DNA of 64,000 bases from an uncultured bacterium (GCA_963722385.1 CAVRKK010000001.1:96001-160000), one strand, 5' to 3'. Counted from the first letter of the stretch, positions 9,689 to 19,311 are shown. Numbers and translations: made by a program. The notes: generated by a model not told the origin, from the letters alone.

Positions 9689-9706
9689 CTCAATTTTATT
9701 AAGCTC

Positions 9707-11140
9707 TTAATAAGCACGAGCTACGAGAACATCCCCCTGGCTTTCCTTATCGCAGGCGAAGCACTTGCTCAGCACCTTGCTCTCGAGCCTACAACGGATC
9801 GTTGCTTTGTGCTGCTTAAGCACGGCCTCACACTCGCGTGAACCGCACCAGCCTGTCTGATAAAAGCCACCCACCGTCTCTAAATCATGGGCAAACGGAT
9901 CCGGCCCTGCAAGAAGTGACTCACGAACAAACCATAACTGCTGCCGTTTCTCGAGAGCGCGCTTAAATAGCTCCTGCTGCATGTCATCGAGCTTTTGCTT
10001 TATAATAGCAGGAAGAGACGCTAACGCATAAGCCTGCTTAGGCTGCATCTCCATACGGTCACTTACCACTGCTTGCCGCTGCTCAAGATCACGTGGCCCA
10101 ATCTCAATACGCACCGGGACGCCCTTGAGCTCCCACTTGTAAAATTTTGCGCCTGACGTCTCCGTCTCCTCGCCATCAAAAAGGACACGTATACCATGAC
10201 TCTCGAGGTCTGCGCGTACCTTAATTGCCTCGTCTACTATCTGTTGCTTATATGGCTCTTTAAAAATAGGGATAATAACAACCTGAATAGGCGCAACCTT
10301 AGGCGGCACCACCAGGCCCCGCTTATCCCCATGCACCATAACAATCGCCCCTACCAAACGTGTCGTAACAGCCCAGCTTGTTAAATAAGGATACGAAATA
10401 CCCTCTTGGCGGTCCTGAAATGTTATGCCAAATGCCTTCGCGAAATTTTGGGAGATAAGATGCGAGGTCCCCATTTGTAAAGCCTTGCCATCAGCCATGA
10501 GCCCCTCAACTGTCAGCGTCTTGTCGGCCCCAGCAAAGCGCTCCGATTCAGACTTAATACCAGCAACGACAGGGATCGCTAAGTAATTTTGAATAAGGTC
10601 AACGTACTGGTCGAGCATCAGCTGCGCTTCTTCCTCAGCCTCCTTGGCTGTCTCATGCGCTGTATGCCCCTCTTGCCACCAAAACTCAGTTGTACGCAAA
10701 AATGGTCGCGTGCGCATTTCCCAACGTATAACGTTCGCCCACTGATTAATCTTCATGGGCAAGTCACGCCATGACTTTATCCAGCGAGCAAACATGTAGT
10801 GGATAATGGTCTCCGACGTAGGCCGTATAACCAAAGGCTCTTCGAGCTCTTTGCCCCCCGCGTATGTCACCACCGCGAGCTCGGGAGAAAATCCCTCAAC
10901 ATGCTGCGCTTCCTTTTTTAAGAATCCCTCCGGTATCAGCAGCGGGAAAAGGGCATTGTGGTGGCCCGTGTCTTTAATTTTTTTATCAACAATCTTTTGA
11001 ATGTTTTCCCAAAGGGCGCAACCATAAGGCATCACCACAATACAACCGCGCACCGGCGACTGATCGGCAAGCTCTGCCTTATAAACAACTTCTTGATACC
11101 ACTCTGAAAAGTCCTTTTCAATATCAGGCAACTGAGTCAT
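9707..11140 (-). CDS. proS: Proline--tRNA ligase (archaeal/eukaryote-like type)
   Basis: FSEWYQEVV, RPTSET, QWANVIRWE, FLRTTEFWWQEGHT, MVHGD; C-terminal ARAY. Confidence 0.97.
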   Translation of the reverse strand: MTQLPDIEKDFSEWYQEVVYKAELADQSPVRGCIVVMPYGCALWENIQKIVDKKIKDTGHHNALFPLLIPEGFLKKEAQHVEGFSPELAVVTYAGGKELEEPLVIRPTSETIIHYMFARWIKSWRDLPMKINQWANVIRWEMRTRPFLRTTEFWWQEGHTAHETAKEAEEEAQLMLDQYVDLIQNYLAIPVVAGIKSESERFAGADKTLTVEGLMADGKALQMGTSHLISQNFAKAFGITFQDRQEGISYPYLTSWAVTTRLVGAIVMVHGDKRGLVVPPKVAPIQVVIIPIFKEPYKQQIVDEAIKVRADLESHGIRVLFDGEETETSGAKFYKWELKGVPVRIEIGPRDLEQRQAVVSDRMEMQPKQAYALASLPAIIKQKLDDMQQELFKRALEKRQQLWFVRESLLAGPDPFAHDLETVGGFYQTGWCGSRECEAVLKQHKATIRCRLESKVLSKCFACDKESQGDVLVARAY

Positions 11141-11215
11141 ATACGCATCCTATTGGTTGAGTTTTGCACTATTTTAGTGTACCAAACAGAAGACAAGAAG
11201 ACAAAAGGCCTTGAG

Positions 11216-11532
11216 CTATCCGGCTTCGCCAAAATTGCCAGGTAGGATAACAGATGTCGCTTCAGGAAATTCAGGTGTAGTTAGAGTTATCGTGGGTATG
11301 AGAACGTGGTTAATTGTTGAATTCGTACGAGCCTGCAATGCGCTTTCTTTGCGCACATGCCTGAGCGCCTCAAGCATGTGCTGATATCGCATTCGGGCAT
11401 CTTCTGGCATGCCATCTCGCTTAAGCAATAAAGTAATATACTTTTCGGCTGGATCAAGATTAAAAAGCAAACCACCGCTTCTTGTGAGGCTGCTGAGCAT
11501 AGGATGCTCAGCAAAAAGAGTAGAAGCATCAT
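11216..11532 (-). pseudogene. Small secreted protein split by a one-base frameshift near 11480
   Basis: Signal peptide MMLLLFLLSILCSAASQE in one frame continues as SGGLLFNLDPAEKY in another. Confidence 0.45.
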
Positions 11533-11549
11533 GGTAGCTCTACCAATTT

Positions 11550-12092
11550 TTATAGCTCTTCTTTGCCATGCTTTTTATGAATGGCTTGATAAGCTTTTTC
11601 TGCTTCCTTGAGCTCGCGGCGCGCGTCTTCCTCATTTTGCAGTACTGCTTGCATGAGGAGCTCTTTATTTATTTTTTCTTCGTTGCCCGCTTGCTTATTC
11701 CATGTATCAAGCCATTTATCTAGGTCTGCTTTATGGTCTTGTGCTTCAGTAAGTGCTTTTTCTGCCCAATACAGCCACTCGGCCTCCGGACTCTTATGGA
11801 ATTCCGCACCATCAAGGAGCTCTTTGAGCCGCACTTCTAATCGTAAAACGTCAAGGCTTGCTTCCTCTGCCTCAGCTTTGCTTTCTTTAACCGTTCCTTG
11901 AAAGGTCTCTGGAGAGTCGAAAAATTTTTCCAGGTCGTACAATAAACTTTCTCGTGCTTCTTTTGCTTCTTCGCGTGCTTCCTCAAGCTCAATTGCGATA
12001 CGCTGTATATCGCTCAGGTGCGTGCTTTGTGCGGCATATGTTTGGCCAAGCGTCGTTATGAGCATTATAAGCCAGGTTGCTGTAATTTTCAT
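11550..12092 (-). CDS. Secreted helical/coiled-coil hypothetical protein
   Basis: AAGGAG RBS, signal peptide, E/K/A-rich. Confidence 0.8.
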   Translation of the reverse strand: MKITATWLIMLITTLGQTYAAQSTHLSDIQRIAIELEEAREEAKEARESLLYDLEKFFDSPETFQGTVKESKAEAEEASLDVLRLEVRLKELLDGAEFHKSPEAEWLYWAEKALTEAQDHKADLDKWLDTWNKQAGNEEKINKELLMQAVLQNEEDARRELKEAEKAYQAIHKKHGKEEL

Positions 12093-12240
12093 ATTATCTC
12101 CTTAGGTAGATTTCACGTATCGGAGGAAAAGCATAGACGAACAATATAAACTTTGCAACATTATTTAGTACAATTGGGCTAAGCTTTTATTTAAGATCAA
12201 TATGCTTAAGAAATTTACCATTTTTACGAAGGAGTTACCG

Positions 12241-13410
12241 GTGAAACAATTTATATATCTTGTGCTTTTGTGCGGTGTGTTACCGCTCGCTGCAGCTAAC
12301 GTAAGCATTCCTCTCGCTGACGCTGAATCCCCTATTTTCCAGGCTACTTCGGTGGCCCATGAGGTATATGGTGTTATACTTGCTGGTGGTATAGGGGAGC
12401 GGTTATGGCCGCTTAGTCGTCAGGATAGGCCAAAGCAGTTTTTGCCGCTTATAGGGGAGCGGTCGTTGTTGGAAATTACGCGTGATCGGCTTGAGGGCGT
12501 TAACGGGACCAAGCGTTATTGGGCAGTGACGACGGCGCCTCTTGAAAATGGCGTTCGCTTACTCTTGCAAGGCAAGCTTGATGATGTAATTGTCGAGCCC
12601 GCTCGTCGCAATACGGCTGCGGCTCTTTTATTCACATGTTTTCGCATCGCGCAGCGTAGTCCCGAAGCGCAGGTTATTTTTCTGCCGAGTGATCAGTATA
12701 TTTCTGATGCTCGTATTTTAGCACAAGCTCTTAATGCCGCTCTTGGCAATTCGTTGCCTGGCCACATAACCTTGCTTGGCATCAAGCCTTCATATCCAGC
12801 GACCGGGTATGGCTATATTAAAGTAGCAAGCGAGCTTACCGAGAGCAGCCCTAATTCCCCCGTACCACTTCAAGTGGCGCCTGTTGCTGGCTTTTACGAG
12901 AAGCCAACTTATGATAAAGCACAGGAATATGTACGTGCTGATAATATGCTGTGGAATGCGGGGATATTTTGTGGCAAGGTTTCATCGTTTATTCGCCAGT
13001 TTGAGCAGTATGCTCCTGACATTTATGAAAGTGTATTGGCATTTCTTGAGGGCCGGGCTTCTTATGAAGATATTCCTGCTACTTCGATTGATTATGCAGT
13101 TTTAGAAAAGTCTTCTGCTGTTTCTGTTGTTCCCGTAAGCTTTGAGTGGGCGGATATTGGCAGTCTATCGTCACTTTTAGGATTTAGGGCAGAGTATAAC
13201 AAGCCCGGGCATGCTGAGCTTTGTGTTAATTGCGCCGGCAATCTTGTGCATACGAGTAAGAAGCTTGTAGCGCTTATTGACGTTGAGGGGCTTTGTATTG
13301 CTGATACTGATGATGTTTTGCTTGTTGTTCCCTGCAAGAGCTCAGAGCGTGTTAAGCTTGCTCTTGAGGAGCTTAAGCGCGATGAGGGTGCTTATAGGCA
13401 GTATTCGTGA
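12241..13410 (+). CDS. manC: Mannose-1-phosphate guanylyltransferase with N-terminal hydrophobic extension
   Basis: ILAGGIGERLWPLSR..PKQF, EPARRNTA, TGYGYI, FYEKP, WNAGIF, SIDYAVLEK, WADIGS; GTG start after AAGGAG. Confidence 0.9.
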   Translation: MKQFIYLVLLCGVLPLAAANVSIPLADAESPIFQATSVAHEVYGVILAGGIGERLWPLSRQDRPKQFLPLIGERSLLEITRDRLEGVNGTKRYWAVTTAPLENGVRLLLQGKLDDVIVEPARRNTAAALLFTCFRIAQRSPEAQVIFLPSDQYISDARILAQALNAALGNSLPGHITLLGIKPSYPATGYGYIKVASELTESSPNSPVPLQVAPVAGFYEKPTYDKAQEYVRADNMLWNAGIFCGKVSSFIRQFEQYAPDIYESVLAFLEGRASYEDIPATSIDYAVLEKSSAVSVVPVSFEWADIGSLSSLLGFRAEYNKPGHAELCVNCAGNLVHTSKKLVALIDVEGLCIADTDDVLLVVPCKSSERVKLALEELKRDEGAYRQYS

Positions 13411-13430
13411 GCAAAAAGAGCTGGTTTGAA

Positions 13431-13789
13431 GCGCTTACGCAGCGGGCGCGCCTATGCGGCGGGCAGCAGGGCGGCGGCCCTGCACCCACACCATGGGAAT
13501 TTTTTGCTTTATAGCTTACCTTTGCTTGCCTAATGCCGTAACCATGCGGGGCGCATGATTACGGCAAATGCAATTTTCCTGACGGAAAATAGAAAGCGAT
13601 ATTAAATTTTTATCATGCAGCGCATGATAATGGCGTAAGTTATCGTACGCTTTGGCGAACGATAACTACACACACCAAGCCTGTAAGCATAACGCTTTGG
13701 GGATCGCTAAGGGACGATGTCCCTTAGCCGCTAGCCGCGCAGGCGATTTAATTCGATTCGCTTTTGCTGGATCATATCTACGGTGCCCA
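13431..13789. repeat. Multi-hairpin intergenic repeat, copy C
   Basis: 220 bp identical to copy B plus the shared 5' modules. Confidence 0.92.
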
Positions 13790-13804
13790 AGCAAGCGATT
13801 TAAC

Positions 13805-14881
13805 TCAGCTCTTCTTGCGAGCACGCTGCTTTGGCGCCCCGGCCTTGCTTTTCAAATACTCAAGATCAAGCTTAATCCAGAAATGGTTACTCGGGTCGTC
13901 ATATACGATCCGATCTGAAGGAATGGTCTTTAACTGGCCACGATCAACCGCTTCAAAATAAATAACGTGCTTAAGAAACCGCTCATCAAAACCATAACTC
14001 GGAAACTCATTGCCAAAGCCATACGGATGCGTGCGTAACGCTATATCGGTAGGATGGCGGCCTTCGTCGCAAAAAAGCGTCCTGTGTAAGATATACCCCT
14101 TCATTGCCTTTTGCATATCAAGCCACCTGACGCGCTTAGCACCAAACGCACTAGCAAGAATTGGGCTGTATTGCTTGAGATGAACGACCCTCTGCGTTGC
14201 CCAGCGCCCAAAATCACGTATCCTAAAAAATCCTCGCTCCGCTTTTGCACTCGCCCACTTTAGTATCTGCTTGCTCATCCTAAAATCACCGTTGAGTCGC
14301 GCCGGCAGCTCGTCAGCATCACGGATATAGGCAATGGCTACCTTTGGATCGTCAAAAACAAGGAACCGCCACATCGATCCAGGGGCCGCAGCTATTGAGT
14401 TAGAGGCCATCAAAAAGATCTCCATATCGGCCGCCAATAGCCTCGGGATAAGGAACTTCAAGTCATCAGCAAGATATACACGCATAATCCACCCAGGAAA
14501 ATGCCGCTTTACCATCGCTACCTGAGCTAAGAGAGACTTGATAAACTTATCATAAAATGGTTGATTTCGCTTAACGCTGGGCGATGGCCGATACATTGCC
14601 TCTTCTGAAATAACCGGCATAGGCCCATCAGCAAAAGGCGGCTTCCAAAATAAGCTATACGCTATAACCTTTTTCTTGTTGCCACCCTTGACGTTGTAAG
14701 TATTTTTTATGGCGAACATAGCATTCAGCTCGCTGTGCCGTTCTGGATGATTATCAAACAAAGTGTACAAATACTTGAGCCGAAGTGGCTTAAATACTTC
14801 AGCAAATGTCTCAGCTTTAACGCTACCAGCGCTTAAAAAAGTAATTACGAGCATTAATGAAACAAGTCTATTTTTTACCAC
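13805..14881 (-). CDS. Secreted putative glycosyltransferase-like protein
   Basis: Signal peptide (..SVKA|ETF); VIAYSLF, WRFL..DD..AYIRDAD (DxD), YGFDERFL; family assignment is inferred. Confidence 0.55.
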   Translation of the reverse strand: MVKNRLVSLMLVITFLSAGSVKAETFAEVFKPLRLKYLYTLFDNHPERHSELNAMFAIKNTYNVKGGNKKKVIAYSLFWKPPFADGPMPVISEEAMYRPSPSVKRNQPFYDKFIKSLLAQVAMVKRHFPGWIMRVYLADDLKFLIPRLLAADMEIFLMASNSIAAAPGSMWRFLVFDDPKVAIAYIRDADELPARLNGDFRMSKQILKWASAKAERGFFRIRDFGRWATQRVVHLKQYSPILASAFGAKRVRWLDMQKAMKGYILHRTLFCDEGRHPTDIALRTHPYGFGNEFPSYGFDERFLKHVIYFEAVDRGQLKTIPSDRIVYDDPSNHFWIKLDLEYLKSKAGAPKQRARKKS

Positions 14882-15642
14882 GAGCTATCCTCTTCGCAAT
14901 CTAGTTTAAGCACAAGATCACCAGCTGCCTTTTTAAAAAGCGCCTTAACCTCAGCATCAAAATGCTTTTTCCATTCCCCTATGCGCCCGCTTCGATACGT
15001 CGGACCTTTGCCAAACATATTTTCAGCAACATACTCTATTCTTTGCCGATTAACCGGCACTCCAATATGCTTCGCAATCCTCTTTATTGCACGGTATTGG
15101 GCCGCTTTCGTGCCGCCACCCTGGGGACCAACAAGATTCTCAAATCTCACCAAGAGGCAGGACGGCTCACGCCTCCACCCAAGAAAGCCTTCATAGCGCT
15201 TTCTGATTTTCTGAATAACGTGTTTTAAAACCTTTTTAAACGGCCACTTTCTTATGCTGCTGGCAAACTGATCCCCCCGCCAGCCCCCTTGATAGATCCA
15301 ATAAACCCATGAAATCGCCATGTCCCGCGGATCGCGATAGATCAAAAATGTCTTATAATTGTGCTTCCTAAAAATCCGGGCAGCATAAGGCGAGTAGTTC
15401 ATATGGGTCGCATAAAAACAGTGGCGATCTTCATTGGTAATAATCCGCGCCCACTGCGATGTTGTGAGCTCTCTCAGGTCAATCTCATAAAGCGGCAAGT
15501 CCGCAAGTAGCTCAATGCACGCTGTCAATAAGTGAGTGCCACACTTAGGAATCGAATTTACGTAAATATTGGCCGCAGGCCCCGCGCCAGCACCCAAAAG
15601 AGGCACCGTTATACTCGCAAAGAATATCACCAGATTTTTCAT
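14875..15642 (-). CDS. Sulfotransferase domain protein with signal peptide
   Basis: SIPKCGTHLL (5'-PSB), YRDPRDMAISW (3'-PB), YRSGRIGEWK. Confidence 0.88.
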   Translation of the reverse strand: MKNLVIFFASITVPLLGAGAGPAANIYVNSIPKCGTHLLTACIELLADLPLYEIDLRELTTSQWARIITNEDRHCFYATHMNYSPYAARIFRKHNYKTFLIYRDPRDMAISWVYWIYQGGWRGDQFASSIRKWPFKKVLKHVIQKIRKRYEGFLGWRREPSCLLVRFENLVGPQGGGTKAAQYRAIKRIAKHIGVPVNRQRIEYVAENMFGKGPTYRSGRIGEWKKHFDAEVKALFKKAAGDLVLKLDCEEDSSW

Positions 15643-15845
15643 TGCACGCTCATTCCCCTTAACGCCTATTCGTGAGACCAATTCTAAAGGTACAGATTTT
15701 GGCGTGTCAAGTGTTTTGGAGTCGCATTAATCAGGTCATACGGTTTGGCTTGAAGATTATCTGAGCTATGGCATTACAAACGATATTGACTATTTGGATA
15801 GTTTTTTTATAAAATTAAATTAATCATACAAAAAAGGAGAGCATC

Positions 15846-16637
15846 ATGAAAAGAACGCATAATTTACTTCTTGCCCTTGGAATAGGCATCTTCGGTGGGT
15901 CTTGGCTTGCGCTTGGACAAACGACAGATCTTAGCGAAGCCTTAAGCGAGACTTCTCCAGAGATTGCTCAGGCGATCACGACTGGTTTTTCGCAAGGTGA
16001 AAGCGCTACTCAACAAGCTGAGGCACTAAAAAGCGAATCAGCACAGCTTCCTAAGGCACTTGCCGCTGCTCAAAAGAGCGTTGCCAAAGCTTTAACGGCA
16101 GCAAAAACAATGCCAGACAATATTATTACTTATGCCCAATTTGCAAATAAGCAGGCTGGCCAAGCGCTCGCTCAGACCTATGCAAAATCTCTCGAAATAC
16201 TCAATTTCGCCCTTGGTGGTGCAACATCCCTTGCGGAAAATGTTAGCAATTTTACCAAAGCTGAACGAGAGAAGATCACACCTATTGTGTCTGGTCTTCT
16301 AGCCAAGGTCTCGTCGATAGCAGTTGATACCAGCAACCTCATTAAAGAGGTTACCGGAGGAGTCTCTGAGCAAGCACAAGAAATTGCTACCGATCTTAAG
16401 AAGAAGATTGCTGAATTGCAAGCTTTACGCAAAACGGACCAAGAATCTATAAATAAGCTGAAAGAGCAGAATGCTCCAGCCCCCACTCGCTTTAGGCCTG
16501 AAGCAGAACGTGGCATGGTCGAAGAGTCGCCATTCTCCGACTTCCTTTCAAAAATTGGGCACACACTTGGGCAAATAAACTCGGCATTAAGGCAGTTTGA
16601 TTATTTTATTGACAGCCTTGAGCCAGAGTACTCTTAA
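15846..16637 (+). CDS. Secreted alpha-helical hypothetical protein
   Basis: AAGGAG RBS, signal peptide, A/Q/K-rich. Confidence 0.8.
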   Translation: MKRTHNLLLALGIGIFGGSWLALGQTTDLSEALSETSPEIAQAITTGFSQGESATQQAEALKSESAQLPKALAAAQKSVAKALTAAKTMPDNIITYAQFANKQAGQALAQTYAKSLEILNFALGGATSLAENVSNFTKAEREKITPIVSGLLAKVSSIAVDTSNLIKEVTGGVSEQAQEIATDLKKKIAELQALRKTDQESINKLKEQNAPAPTRFRPEAERGMVEESPFSDFLSKIGHTLGQINSALRQFDYFIDSLEPEYS

Positions 16638-16655
16638 AAGTACTAAGAACATAAC

Positions 16656-16681
16656 AAAAGGGCCTCAGCGAGGCCCTTTTT
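16656..16681. terminator. Bidirectional terminator between convergent genes
   Basis: aaaagggcctc-agc-gaggcccttttt. Confidence 0.8.
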
Positions 16682-17624
16682 GATAAGGTATATTTGCTCG
16701 CGTTCGCCAAGCGTAGCCAAGCCCTCGAAGGTACCCCTTTATCCAGCTCTTGTTTCGTACAACAAGCGCTGCTTCAAGAAATAAGCCCATCATGCTCCAC
16801 GCGTAGGCAAGGAGTTTCCAAGGCTTTTTTTGATAAAAATTTTTAAAGAAAAGATACGTATAATTTGCGACGAACATAGCTTTATTTTCAATGATTGAGT
16901 CACGGCTTAGCGGGCTTTGGCGATGCTCCAAAATCGCGCAGGGGTTATAAAAAAGGGCCCAATCACGTGATACCCTATATGAAAAGTCACAATCCTCCAT
17001 ATAACCATAGTGCCTGAGAGCTTCATCGAAAGTGTGCTTTTTAAAAACATATGATCGAAAAGCCATGCAGCAGCCACCTAAAACCTCAACCTGCTTGATG
17101 CCTTGGGTGCCATAGGCATGCGTAGGCATCCCTGACCAGGTAAATTTGCCGTGTGCATAATTTCGCTGTAGAAAAAAAAGTGAACGACCGATATTTACCC
17201 ATTGCTTATAAGCGCCCAGGGGAGCAATCGTGCCCATACCGCCACCAAAAGCTTGATCTGTGCCAAATGCCTTGTTCATTTCTTCCATATAACGGGAAGA
17301 TAAGATAACATCGTCATCAAAAAAGTAGATGAGCTCGCCCGTAGCTAGTGCGATGCCCTGGTTTCTCTGAAAGGTAAGGCCCGGCGCCGTATGCTTATAC
17401 ACAAGCGTTGAAGGAAGGTGTGTGCTATTCCATAGCTGGTTGATACGGGTGTCCTCAAGCACCGGAGCATCACTGCTGTCAACAATAACAATTTCGGTCG
17501 GCAAAGCAGTCTGCTTGCCAAGAGAAACAAGCATAGCTGCTAAGTCGGAAGCGCGATTCCGCGTGCAAATAATAACGCTCGTTTTCAAGGTCGACCCTTC
17601 TAGGGGGAGCAGCTGAGAATGCAT
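16665..17624 (-). CDS. Glycosyltransferase family 2
   Basis: SVIICTRNR, EIVIVDSS, RNQGI, FFDDD, EDCDFSYR. Confidence 0.92.
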   Translation of the reverse strand: MHSQLLPLEGSTLKTSVIICTRNRASDLAAMLVSLGKQTALPTEIVIVDSSDAPVLEDTRINQLWNSTHLPSTLVYKHTAPGLTFQRNQGIALATGELIYFFDDDVILSSRYMEEMNKAFGTDQAFGGGMGTIAPLGAYKQWVNIGRSLFFLQRNYAHGKFTWSGMPTHAYGTQGIKQVEVLGGCCMAFRSYVFKKHTFDEALRHYGYMEDCDFSYRVSRDWALFYNPCAILEHRQSPLSRDSIIENKAMFVANYTYLFFKNFYQKKPWKLLAYAWSMMGLFLEAALVVRNKSWIKGYLRGLGYAWRTRANIPYQKGPR

Positions 17625-18061
17625 GATTTTCTGCAGTGCTTAAAAGGGTTCCAGAGGGCATATACTCCAGGCCCACCAATAATAATTGCAAGTGAAAAAA
17701 TTATTAAATTTAATGGGTATTCAAAGCCACCATTTTGAGCAAAGTACCCATGTGGCCAATGAACCACGAACACGGCCCCGATCATGACGCCAACGGCCAT
17801 CAAAGCGCCAATCTCGGAGGCAATCCCCGAAAGAAGCAAGATTCCACCAATAAATTCAGCAAACGCAGCAAGATACCCTAAAAATGTCGGTACGCCAAGC
17901 GAGCTTGTCCAATTAATAAAGCCCTTCAAGCCGGGGCCACCAAACCAGCCCAATACTTTTTGGGCGCCATGCGCAAAAAATATGCTTCCAAGCGCTAATC
18001 GCACTATCGTAAGCGCAATCTCTTGCTGGCGCCAGCAAGAACTCCCCTGTATTACTTCCAT
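17600..18061 (-). CDS. DoxX family membrane protein
   Basis: RLALGSIFFAHGAQK, AEFIGG, GGFEY, GPG. Confidence 0.92.
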   Translation of the reverse strand: MEVIQGSSCWRQQEIALTIVRLALGSIFFAHGAQKVLGWFGGPGLKGFINWTSSLGVPTFLGYLAAFAEFIGGILLLSGIASEIGALMAVGVMIGAVFVVHWPHGYFAQNGGFEYPLNLIIFSLAIIIGGPGVYALWNPFKHCRKSCILSCSP

Positions 18062-18103
18062 ACCTACTTCCTTTCTCGTTACCATGGTGCGGTCAGATAT
18101 TTA

Positions 18104-18499
18104 TCAAATTTTAGAGAATTTATTGATAAATTCAAGTGCGCCTTCAAGAGAAGGCACTTCATCGCTTTCATTGTTAAGCTCGTAAAGTGGGCCACTATAC
18201 GACTGGCCAAATAAGATATAGTCAGCGTAGGTATTAGGAAATTTGACAAGAATGGCATCTTTATTGTCGCCATCACGCGCTGAAATACGCTCAACCGCTT
18301 TATCATATGAGACGTTTAAGCGAATAACAACGTGGGGTATTTTATGTTGATAGAGAATATGGTCAATATTATTAAGCATTGGATAGTGGACCTCGAAAAT
18401 ACGCTCAGCATGCATCGGTTCAGTAAAAGTATGATCACCAATACCTACGTGTTGGCATAAGCTTGTCACAAGGAAAAAGATTAAGAACATTTTTACCAC
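18104..18499 (-). CDS. Hypothetical; signal peptide fused to the C-terminal half of an NMP-kinase-like fold (possibly internally deleted)
   Basis: VVIRLNVSYDKAVERISARD resembles the NMP kinase lid region; no P-loop present. Confidence 0.45.
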   Translation of the reverse strand: MVKMFLIFFLVTSLCQHVGIGDHTFTEPMHAERIFEVHYPMLNNIDHILYQHKIPHVVIRLNVSYDKAVERISARDGDNKDAILVKFPNTYADYILFGQSYSGPLYELNNESDEVPSLEGALEFINKFSKI

Positions 18500-18667
18500 G
18501 TCGGTTCCCTCATAATAATTATCAATAAAAATAGTTTAATGTTGTTGAAATAACACCTCAAGCATATTGTTGATCAATATTTTACAAACTAGCAATTATA
18601 GATAAAGACAGCAACTCTATACAACATTTGCAAGGCTTTGCTACGTTAGTCAAAAGGGAGAAAACCG

Positions 18668-19048
18668 ATGAACGAGATATTTGCGATCAAAAAAGTCCGG
18701 GAAGCTTGTCAGGTCTGCATAAAGCAATGCGAAGCCTGCAGGAACAACTGCCAAGATAGCATGGTGAAGCACGAAAGCTGTATAGCACTGTGCAAGGCAT
18801 GTATTAGAGCTTGCCAAGAATGTATTGATGCCTGTGGCAGCTATCTCGACCACGCCTTGACCGTCGAAGTGATCAAGGCCATGCAAGACTGCATAGCCGC
18901 TTGTCAACGATGTATTGATAAATGCTCAGTATGTATAGATGCGTGTCAATCAGGCGATAATGCAGCATGTCAGGCAGCACGACAAAATTGCGCACAAGCG
19001 TGTTATGAGTGTGTCAGTATCTGCAAAGTTGCTTTAAAAGAGATTTAG
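18668..19048 (+). CDS. Four-helix-bundle copper storage protein (Csp/DUF326-like)
   Basis: Repeated CxxC/CxxxC helices (CQVCIKQCEAC, CIAACQRCIDKC); no signal peptide. Confidence 0.8.
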   Translation: MNEIFAIKKVREACQVCIKQCEACRNNCQDSMVKHESCIALCKACIRACQECIDACGSYLDHALTVEVIKAMQDCIAACQRCIDKCSVCIDACQSGDNAACQAARQNCAQACYECVSICKVALKEI

Positions 19049-19076
19049 GTGACATTTTAACGCGACATGCTATGAT
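19049..19076 (+). promoter_or_regulatory. Promoter for thrS leader
   Basis: GTGACA, 16-nt spacer, TATGAT with extended -10 TGn. Confidence 0.55.
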
Positions 19077-19124
19077 ATATAATAGTTTTAGAAGGAGTGC
19101 GTAACCCCAAAACGAAAGGGCACA

Positions 19125-19214
19125 ATGAGCGAACAACTTTATTTTGTTGACCTTTACATATCTTATCCAGCAATCACGACCACTTCCCTTCATACGCGAA
19201 CGACGAGGGCTTAA
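19125..19214 (+). CDS. Putative Thr-rich leader peptide of thrS (29 aa)
   Basis: MSEQLYFVDLYISYPAITTTSLHTRTTRA*; AAAGGG RBS; 6 Thr in the last 12 codons. Confidence 0.6.
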   Translation: MSEQLYFVDLYISYPAITTTSLHTRTTRA

Positions 19215-19231
19215 GCCCCTCTTTCTTTTTT
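19205..19231 (+). terminator. Leader terminator/attenuator hairpin
   Basis: gagggc-ttaa-gcccctc followed by tttctttttt. Confidence 0.65.
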
Positions 19232-19311
19232 CCCTTAATCATTCATCTTCATCATTATAAGAAACGGCGTATACTAGTTATTAACAGTTTTTTACCCGTA
19301 AAGGCATATTT

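Noticed and set aside
9502..9841. ORFs 9502-9702, 9614-9841, 13652-13918, 6490-6681, 6528-6734, 9186-9395
   Set aside because: They are translations of the palindromic repeat, with no RBS and different ends in each copy.
19081..19311. T-box riboswitch upstream of thrS
   Set aside because: No GGUGG antiterminator motif or recognisable stem I.
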